From positions 19,245-53,588 of the forward strand of contig PLCF01000018.1 of NCBI GenBank assembly GCA_003135555.1: a stretch of DNA of 34,344 nt, read 5' to 3'. The position numbers and the translations under genes are program-made. This document shows positions 16,949-23,918 of this stretch, piece after piece; the stretch's first letter is position 1; every line of letters starts with the position of its first letter. The notes beneath the pieces were generated by a model. The model was not told the DNA's origin and made no database searches. It saw nothing but the letters and a program-made list of their open reading frames with translations. The stretch comes from Vulcanimicrobiota bacterium. GTDB taxonomy: Bacteria; Vulcanimicrobiota; Vulcanimicrobiia; Vulcanimicrobiales; Vulcanimicrobiaceae.

Positions 16949-17866
16949 GTGAGCCGCTATGACCATCCGCGCGACTTTGTCGGGTACGGTGCGACGCCGC
17001 CCGATCCGAAGTGGCCCAACGGAGCGCGGCTGGCCGTGCAGATCGTGATGAACTACGAAGAGGGCTCGGAGTACGCGATCGGCGACGGCGACGCGGCATC
17101 GGAGATGTATCTGACCGAGGTGCCCGGCGCGGCGCTGGGCGCCGGCAAACGCGACCTCATCGTCGAATCGGTCTACGAGTACGGCAGCCGCGCCGGCTTT
17201 TGGCGGCTCATGCGGATGTTCGGCGAGCGCCGCATCCCGATCACCGTATTCGGTGCGGCCCTAGCGCTCGAGCGCAATCCGCCGGCCGCCGATGCGATCC
17301 GCGCCGCGGGATACGAAGTCTGCTCGCACGGCTGGCGCTGGATCGGCTTCCAAGACATGGGCGAAGAAGAAGAGCGCGCGCAGATGCGGCGCGCGGTCGC
17401 GTCGATCGAGCGCACCACCGGAACGCGCCCCTACGGCTGGTACTGCCGCTACGCGCCCTCGCTCAACACGCGCCGCCTCGTGGTCGAGGAGGGCGGGTTT
17501 CTCTACGATTCCGACGCCTACAACGACGATCTCCCGTACTACACGCGAGTGGGCGGGAAGCCGCACCTCGTGATCCCCTACACGCTCGACGTGAACGACA
17601 TGAAGTTCAGCGTGGCGCCGGGGTTCACGTCGGGGGACGGATTCTCAGCGTATCTTAAGGACGCGTTCGACGTCTTGTACCGCGAAGGAAAGACCGCGCC
17701 CAAGATGATGTCCGTGGGCTTGCACACGCGCCTGGCCGGCCGGCCGGGCCGCGCGGCGGCGCTCGAACGCTTTCTCGACTACCTCGTCGCGCAGGAGGAT
17801 GTCTGGATCTGCCGGCGCGTCGACATCGCGCGGCATTGGATCGCGACCCACCCGGCGGAGGGCTGA
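16949..17866 (+). CDS. puuE: Allantoinase PuuE (polysaccharide deacetylase fold)
   Basis: PRDFVGYG..PP.P.WPNGAR.A...V.NYEEG, ES.YEYGSRAGFWR, SHGWRW, YDSD.Y.DDLPY and MMSVGLH.R..GRPGR, in a purine-catabolic context. GTG at 16949. Confidence 0.92.
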   Translation: MSRYDHPRDFVGYGATPPDPKWPNGARLAVQIVMNYEEGSEYAIGDGDAASEMYLTEVPGAALGAGKRDLIVESVYEYGSRAGFWRLMRMFGERRIPITVFGAALALERNPPAADAIRAAGYEVCSHGWRWIGFQDMGEEEERAQMRRAVASIERTTGTRPYGWYCRYAPSLNTRRLVVEEGGFLYDSDAYNDDLPYYTRVGGKPHLVIPYTLDVNDMKFSVAPGFTSGDGFSAYLKDAFDVLYREGKTAPKMMSVGLHTRLAGRPGRAAALERFLDYLVAQEDVWICRRVDIARHWIATHPAEG

Positions 17867-18870
17867 TGCACGCGGGCGCGTTTCGCCTTCCCAAAGCCGA
17901 GCTGCACGTCCACGTCGAAGGGACCTTCGAACCCGAACTGATCTTCGAGATCGCCGAACGCAACGGCGTGCAGTTGCCGTTCCCGTCGGTCGATGCGCTG
18001 CGCCGGGCGTATGAGTTCACCGACTTGCAATCGTTTCTGAACCTCTACTACGCGGCGATGACGGTGCTGCAAACCGAACGCGATTTCGCCGAGCTCGCGC
18101 ACGCATACCTGGGCCGCGCGCGCGAGCAGGGCGTGGTCCACGCCGAGATCTTCTTCGATCCGCAAGCGCACACGTCACGCGGGGTGCGTTTCGAGACCGT
18201 CATCGACGGTTTGTGGTCGGCGGTGCGCGACAGCGAGCGGCTCTACGGGATCAGCTCGAAGCTGATCATGTGTTTTCTGCGCGATGCGAGCGCCGAGTCG
18301 GCCATGGCGACCCTGGAAGCGGCGCTGCCGTACGGGGAGCGCATCGTCGCCGTCGGGCTGGACTCGGCCGAGCTGGGTCATCCGCCCTCGAAGTTCCGCC
18401 GCGTTTTCGAACGCGCGCTCGCCGCGGGCTGGAAGACCGTCGCCCACGCCGGCGAGGAAGGTCCGCCCGCATACGTCTGGGAGGCGCTCGACGCGTTGCG
18501 CGTGTCGCGCGTCGATCACGGCGTGCGCAGCCTCGAGGATCCGCAGCTGGTGGCGCGCCTGCGCGACGAGCGGATCCCGCTCACGGTCTGCCCGCTCTCC
18601 AACGTGAAGTTGCGCGTGGTCGACCGGCTCGAAGACCATCCGTTGCGCCGCATGCTCGAGTCCGGCTTGGTGGTAACGGTGAACTCCGACGACCCGGCGT
18701 ACTTCGGCGGCTACGTGGGCGAGAATTTTGCCTCGGTCGCGCAGGCGCTCGATCTCGCGCCCGGCGCGCTCGCGCTGCTGGCGCGCAACAGTTTCGAAGC
18801 CTCGTTCATCGATGCGCCGACGCGGGCGGCGTACCTGGCCCGCGTCGACCGCGCCGAGGTCGGCGCATGA
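17866..18870 (+). CDS. add: Adenosine-deaminase-family adenine deaminase
   Basis: LPKAELHVHVEG, EIFFDPQ.H, HAGEEGP, R.DHGVR, LTVCPLSN and NSDDPAYFGGY. The FFDPQ/DPAYFGGY pattern resembles the adenine-deaminase subgroup. Confidence 0.88.
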   Translation: MHAGAFRLPKAELHVHVEGTFEPELIFEIAERNGVQLPFPSVDALRRAYEFTDLQSFLNLYYAAMTVLQTERDFAELAHAYLGRAREQGVVHAEIFFDPQAHTSRGVRFETVIDGLWSAVRDSERLYGISSKLIMCFLRDASAESAMATLEAALPYGERIVAVGLDSAELGHPPSKFRRVFERALAAGWKTVAHAGEEGPPAYVWEALDALRVSRVDHGVRSLEDPQLVARLRDERIPLTVCPLSNVKLRVVDRLEDHPLRRMLESGLVVTVNSDDPAYFGGYVGENFASVAQALDLAPGALALLARNSFEASFIDAPTRAAYLARVDRAEVGA

Positions 18871-20120
18871 GACTGCACGGCCGCCTCGCGGAGCTCGCGC
18901 GGCTCGGCGCAACCGGCGAGGGCATCGATCGCGGCTTGTTCACGCCCGCCGAGCGCGCCGCGCGCGAGCGTCTCGCGAGCTGGTGCCGCGCGGCCGGGTT
19001 ACGGCTCGAGCAGGATCGGGTCGGCAATCTGTTCGCGCGGCTCGACGCGCCCGGCGCCGCGGGCGGCGCGCCGATCCAGTGTGGGTCGCATCTCGACACG
19101 GTTCGCAACGGCGGCGCCTACGACGGGGCGTACGGTGTCGTCGGCGGGCTCGAAGCGCTCCAGCGGATCGCCGCATCGGGCCGGCCGTTGCAGCGGTCGC
19201 TGGAGGTCGTAGCGTGGGCGGGCGAAGAGGGCAGCCGTTTCCCGCTGGGCTGCTTGGGCAGTTCGGTATACGCCGGGCAAACGGCGTACGACGCCGCGGC
19301 GGCGCTCGTTGCCGACGACGGTGAGTCGTTCGGAGCGGCCGTGCGCGGACCCAACGGATTGCTCGACGGCGTGCCGGTGCGCGACGGATTCCCGCCGCCG
19401 GCAGCCTACGTCGAGCTGCACGTCGAGCAAGGCCCGGTGATGGAGAATTGCGGCGCTCGGCTCGGGATCGTCAGCGCGATCGCCGGGCAGCGGCGCTTCC
19501 AGGTCGCGATCGAAGGTGTCGCGGGACACTCCGGCACGGTCCCCATGACCCATCGCGCCGACGCCCTGTGCGCGGCGAGCGAGTTGGTGTTGGCTGTCGA
19601 GCGCGCGGCGCTCGCTGCAAGCGATACCGTCGCGACGGTCGGCCAGCTCGTAGTCGATCCGAACCAGACCAACATCATTCCGGGTCACGTCCTGCTGCGT
19701 ATCGACCTGCGCTCGATCGACGACGGCCGCATCGCCGCGGTCGACGCACGCATTCGTGACGAGGCCGCGCAGGTCGCGCAGACACGCGGGCTGCGCATCG
19801 GCGTCACGTTGCTCGAAAGCCGGCCGGCCGTGACGATGGCTCCGCCGATGCGCTCGTTGGTTCGCGCCGCATGTCTGGAGCGCGACCCGCAGGCGGTCGA
19901 CATCGTCAGCGGCGCAGGGCACGACGCGATGTGCGTCGCCGCCGTCGCGCCGGTCGGGATGATCTTCGTCCCCAGCATCGGCGGCCGCAGTCACGTCGGC
20001 GACGAACGCACCGAGCCGGCCGATCTCGAGCTGGGCGTCGATGCGTTGGTCGCCGTCCTGCTCGCTGCGGCGAGCGCTGCGGTAGGAGGCTCCGGCGCGG
20101 TTGGAGCATCGGACGCGTGA
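18867..20120 (+). CDS. M20-family Zn amidohydrolase, probable allantoate amidohydrolase (AllC/PucF-like)
   Basis: GSHLDTV..GG.YDG.YGV, EEGSRF, ELHVEQGP, GHSGTVPM, N.IPG, SGAGHDA and G.SH. The substrate is inferred from operon context. Confidence 0.85.
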   Translation: MRLHGRLAELARLGATGEGIDRGLFTPAERAARERLASWCRAAGLRLEQDRVGNLFARLDAPGAAGGAPIQCGSHLDTVRNGGAYDGAYGVVGGLEALQRIAASGRPLQRSLEVVAWAGEEGSRFPLGCLGSSVYAGQTAYDAAAALVADDGESFGAAVRGPNGLLDGVPVRDGFPPPAAYVELHVEQGPVMENCGARLGIVSAIAGQRRFQVAIEGVAGHSGTVPMTHRADALCAASELVLAVERAALAASDTVATVGQLVVDPNQTNIIPGHVLLRIDLRSIDDGRIAAVDARIRDEAAQVAQTRGLRIGVTLLESRPAVTMAPPMRSLVRAACLERDPQAVDIVSGAGHDAMCVAAVAPVGMIFVPSIGGRSHVGDERTEPADLELGVDALVAVLLAAASAAVGGSGAVGASDA

Positions 20121-20500
20121 TGCTGTTCTTCATCTGCGGCTCGGCGCTGCGGGGCCAGCCCGATCACGCCAACCTCGGCGCCGCGCGGTTCGTGCGCGAA
20201 GCGAAGACGAAGCCGCTGTATCGACTGCATTCCGTCGAGGGCAAGCATCCCGGCATCTACGAAGTTCCCAAGGGCGGCGTCGCGATCGCCGGCGAGGTCT
20301 ACGAGATGAGCGACGAGCAGCATGCGAGCCTGCTGGCGAGCGAGCCGCCGAACTTGTACGAAGCCCCGATCCAGCTCGACGACGGGACCAGCGTCAGCGC
20401 GATGATCTACCCGCGCAGCCTCATCGATGAGCGCGGCTACGAGGACATCTCACATCACGGCGGTTGGGCGGCCTACAAAACCGCGAGTCGGGAGCGCTAG
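20120..20500 (+). CDS. Stand-alone gamma-glutamylcyclotransferase-like protein resembling the allophanate hydrolase C-terminal domain
   Basis: FICGSALRG, T...YRL, PG, I.GEVYE, L..EPP.L...I.LDDG and DIS..GGWAAY. TGATG-coupled to the amidohydrolase. Confidence 0.8.
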   Translation: MLFFICGSALRGQPDHANLGAARFVREAKTKPLYRLHSVEGKHPGIYEVPKGGVAIAGEVYEMSDEQHASLLASEPPNLYEAPIQLDDGTSVSAMIYPRSLIDERGYEDISHHGGWAAYKTASRER

Positions 20501-20832
20501 CTGCCGCGATAGGTCGTGTAGCCCCAGGGCGAGAGGAGCAGCGGGACGTGGTACCGCGCCGTCTCCGCACCGACGACGAAGCGCACCGGGATCTCGTCGA
20601 AGAACGTCGCGATGCCGTCGCGTGCGAAGTAGTCGGTGACGGCGAAGATCAGCTCGTAGGTCCCGGGCCCGAGTTCGGTTGCGAGCGGCGCGTCGGTCCG
20701 GCCGTCGGCGTTCGTCACCGCCATGCGCAGCAGCCTGCGCTCGCCGTCGAGCGCGAACAGTCCGACCGAGATGCCGGCGCCCGGGGCGCCGCGCGCGGTA
20801 TCGAGGATGTGCGTCGAGATCGTTGCGGCCAT
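20497..20832 (-). CDS. uraH: 5-hydroxyisourate hydrolase (transthyretin-like)
   Basis: ISTHILDTARG.PG, TNADGR, YHVPLLLSPWGYTTYRGS with the diagnostic C-terminal YRGS. ATG at 20832. Confidence 0.96.
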   Translation of the reverse strand: MAATISTHILDTARGAPGAGISVGLFALDGERRLLRMAVTNADGRTDAPLATELGPGTYELIFAVTDYFARDGIATFFDEIPVRFVVGAETARYHVPLLLSPWGYTTYRGS

Positions 20833-22040
20833 CAGATCGCGGCTCCTGAAGCGATCCAGGCGCCCAGCGCGGCGCGCTCGGCGTCGGTCATGTGGGTCAC
20901 GTTTCCCAGCGGCATCGCGTGCGACGCGACCGCTTGTTCGTCGATGCGGTGCGCGTTGGCTTGCACGTGTTCCGGCGTGTCGAGGAAGACCCCCGCCGGC
21001 GCGGTGGAAAACCCCGGCTGGGTCGGCTTGGCGGCGTGACAGACAGTGCAGCGCCGGGCGAGGATCGGCTGGACCTGCGCGAAGCGGACGGTGGATTCGG
21101 CGCTGTCGCCGCGCAGCGGCGCCGAACTGTGGGGCCGGATCGCGATCGCGACGCCGGCCAGCAGGATCACCGCCGCGACCGGCAGGCCCACGACGTAGCG
21201 ATGCTTGTGCGACAGCACGAAGAAGCGCCGCACCAGCACACCCGCGGCGCTGATCGCCGCGAGGACGAGCCACCCGTTCGCGCCGCCGTACGTCATGGGA
21301 TAGTGGTTGCTGATCATGATGAACAGCACCGGCAACGTCAAGTACGTGTTGTGGACGGAGCGCATCTTTCCCAGCCGCCCGGGGCGCGGATCGGGGTCCT
21401 GACCGGCGCGGATCTGCGCCAGCATGCGGCGCTGACCGGGGATGATCACCATCGCGACGTTGGCAACCATAATGGTGCCGATGACGGAGCCGACGTGGAT
21501 GTACGCGGCGCGGCCGCCGAAGACGTGGAACAGCGCCCAGTCGAGCGCCAGCAGAAACGCCGAAACCGCCGTCCAGAGCAGTACCGGGCGCGCGCTGAAG
21601 AGGCGGCACAGCAGATCGTAGCCCAGCCAGCCGCCGATCAGCGTCGCAATGCTCAACGAGATCGCCGCCGGCGGCGTGAGATCGAGCACGCTCTTGTCGA
21701 TCAGGAACGTCGATGCGCCGGCCCAGTAGATGACGGCTAGCATCGCCATCCCGGTGAACCACGTCGAGTACGCCTCCCATTTGAACCAGTGCAGGTCTTC
21801 GGTGAGCGGCTCGCCGCGCGGTCCGGTCAGAAATTTCTGGTTGTGATAGAAGCCCCCGCCGTGCACCGCCCACAGCTCGCCGCTCATGCCACGCCGTAGG
21901 TCGTCGGGATTCTCGGGAGCGCTGAGGCTGTTGTCGAGCCAAACGAAATAGAACGAGGCCCCGATCCACGAGATCCCCGCGATGAGGTGCGCCCACCGGA
22001 ACACCAGGTTCAGCCAATCGAGGAGGTAGGGTCCGTTCAT
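20832..22040 (-). CDS. puuD: Integral-membrane cytochrome c urate oxidase PuuD
   Basis: RWAH.IAGI.WIG.SFYF.WLD..L, W.VHGGGFY, LHWFKWEAY.TW, RSVHN.YLTLPVLF.MISNHYP, C-terminal CTVCH heme motif and MPLGN.T.MT..ER. Confidence 0.93.
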   Translation of the reverse strand: MNGPYLLDWLNLVFRWAHLIAGISWIGASFYFVWLDNSLSAPENPDDLRRGMSGELWAVHGGGFYHNQKFLTGPRGEPLTEDLHWFKWEAYSTWFTGMAMLAVIYWAGASTFLIDKSVLDLTPPAAISLSIATLIGGWLGYDLLCRLFSARPVLLWTAVSAFLLALDWALFHVFGGRAAYIHVGSVIGTIMVANVAMVIIPGQRRMLAQIRAGQDPDPRPGRLGKMRSVHNTYLTLPVLFIMISNHYPMTYGGANGWLVLAAISAAGVLVRRFFVLSHKHRYVVGLPVAAVILLAGVAIAIRPHSSAPLRGDSAESTVRFAQVQPILARRCTVCHAAKPTQPGFSTAPAGVFLDTPEHVQANAHRIDEQAVASHAMPLGNVTHMTDAERAALGAWIASGAAI

Positions 22041-22546
22041 GCCGTCAGCGCGTCTTCGAGGCGCAGTCGCGCGATCTTCGCGATCTCGTCGAGGGCGGTC
22101 GCGACCTCGTCGGCGCGCTGCCGTTTCACGCGCCGCTCCAGCGCGCTCAGAATCGATGCCTTGTCGTGCTCGCGCGCGCAGATGACGAACGGAAATCCGA
22201 ACCGGCTCCGATAGGCGGCGTTGGCTGCCTCGAAGCGTGCCAGCTCGGCGGCATCGAGCCGGTCGAGCCCGGCGGCGGCTTGTTCGCCGCGCGATGCGGC
22301 CGTCAGGCGGCCCTCACGCGCGACCCGACCCGCCAGATCCGGGTGCGCCGCGATCAAGCCGATCTTGCGTTCGTCCGACGCGGTGCCGACGGCGTCGAGC
22401 AGCGCCCGGTGCAGCGCCTCGAGGTTCGCGAACGGGCGCCGCTCCCATCCGGCCTCGGCGATCCACGGCGAGTGCTCAAAAGCGAATCCGATCGCCGCGA
22501 CGAACGTGGCGCGATCCGCTGCGTTCAATGCGGCGATGCTCGTCAT
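22037..22546 (-). CDS. uraD: OHCU decarboxylase
   Basis: FEHSPWIA, AHPDLAG, S..EQ..AGL, N..Y..RFGFPFVIC and EI.KIARLRL. ATG at 22546. Confidence 0.93.
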   Translation of the reverse strand: MTSIAALNAADRATFVAAIGFAFEHSPWIAEAGWERRPFANLEALHRALLDAVGTASDERKIGLIAAHPDLAGRVAREGRLTAASRGEQAAAGLDRLDAAELARFEAANAAYRSRFGFPFVICAREHDKASILSALERRVKRQRADEVATALDEIAKIARLRLEDALTA

Positions 22547-23918
22547 CGTAGGACACCTTCCCATTCGCACGCTGCTTCTCCGTCACGCGACGCTGGTCGC
22601 GACCTTCGACGACGCCGGCCGGGAGATCGCGGACGGCGCGGTGCTGGTTCGCGGCAACGCGATCGAGGCGGTCGGGCCGACGAGCGAGCTGACGGGGCAG
22701 GCCGACGAGGTCGTCGACGCGCGCGGGCTGGTGCTGCTCCCGGGTTTGGTCTGCACCCACCACCACTTCTATCAAACGCTGACGCGCAATCTGCCGCAGG
22801 CGCAGGACGCCGGCCTGTTCGACTGGCTGGTCGCGCACTACCCGATCTGGGCGCGTCTGACCCCCGAAGCCGTGCGCGCGAGCACGGCCACTGCGATCGG
22901 GGAGTTGCTGCTCTCCGGGTGCACCACCGCCGCCGACCACGGCTATATCTGGCCCAACGGTGCGCGCGTCGACGACCAGATCGCCGTCGCGCGCGCGATG
23001 GGTCTGCGCTTTCACGCCGCGCGCGGCTCGATGTCGCGCGGCCGCTCGCAGGGCGGCCTGCCGCCCGACGAAGCCGTCGAAGACGAGAGCGCGATCCTGC
23101 GCGACAGCGAGCGCGTCATCCGCGAGCACCACGATCCGGCGCGCTTCGCCATGACGCGCATCGTGCTGGCACCCTGCTCGCCGTTCTCGGTGACGCCGGA
23201 GTTGATGCGCGCCAGCGCCGAGCTTGCGCGCAAGCACGAGAGCGTCCACCTGCACACCCACCTGTGCGAAACGCAAGACGAGGAACGCTATTGCGTCGAG
23301 CAGTACGGCAAACGTCCGGTGGAACTGGCGGAGTCGCTGGGCTGGACCGGGCCCGACGTCTGGTTCGCGCACGCCGTCTTCGTCGCGCCGGAAGAGATCG
23401 TGCGCCTCGGTACGGCGCGCACCGGCGTCGCGCACTGTCCGACCTCGAACATGCGGCTAGGATCGGGGATCGCGCCGGTGCTCGCGCAGCGCGATGCCGG
23501 GATGCGCGTCGGGCTGGGCGTCGACGGTTCGGCCTCCAACGACGGCTCGCACATGCTCGACGAAGCGCGCCACGCGATGTTGCTCCAGCGCGTCGCGCAC
23601 GGCGCGAGCGCGCTGAGCGCGCGCGAGGCGCTGCGCCTGGCGACGCGCGGCGGCGCCGACGTGCTCGGCCGCGACGACATCGGCGCCCTCGCCCCCGGCA
23701 TGGCCGCCGACATCATCGGCGTGCGCGTGGACGGTCTCGCCACCGCCGGCGGCAGCCTCCACGACGCGCTCGCGTCGCTCGTATTCTGCCGGATCCCCAG
23801 CGTCGATCTGTCCATCGTCAACGGCAATGTCCGCGTTCACGACGGTCGTTTGGTGGGCGTTGACCTCGGTCGGCTCGTCAAGCGGCACAACGCCGCCGCG
23901 CGGGCGCTCGTCAGCTGA
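22536..23918 (+). CDS. 8-oxoguanine deaminase (amidohydrolase, chlorohydrolase-like); start uncertain (ATG 22536 or ATT 22563)
   Basis: PG...THHHFYQTLTR, LF.WL...YP.W, SGCTT..DH.Y, RGSMS.G...GGLPPD, APCSPFSV, HTHL.ET, AHCP.SNMRL.SGI and LGVDGSASND. Confidence 0.88.
   Translation: MLVIVGHLPIRTLLLRHATLVATFDDAGREIADGAVLVRGNAIEAVGPTSELTGQADEVVDARGLVLLPGLVCTHHHFYQTLTRNLPQAQDAGLFDWLVAHYPIWARLTPEAVRASTATAIGELLLSGCTTAADHGYIWPNGARVDDQIAVARAMGLRFHAARGSMSRGRSQGGLPPDEAVEDESAILRDSERVIREHHDPARFAMTRIVLAPCSPFSVTPELMRASAELARKHESVHLHTHLCETQDEERYCVEQYGKRPVELAESLGWTGPDVWFAHAVFVAPEEIVRLGTARTGVAHCPTSNMRLGSGIAPVLAQRDAGMRVGLGVDGSASNDGSHMLDEARHAMLLQRVAHGASALSAREALRLATRGGADVLGRDDIGALAPGMAADIIGVRVDGLATAGGSLHDALASLVFCRIPSVDLSIVNGNVRVHDGRLVGVDLGRLVKRHNAAARALVS

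Noticed and set aside
20833..22017. 506-aa ORF suggesting a large UraH fusion
   Set aside because: The upstream part is an alternative frame of puuD; UraH begins at 20832.
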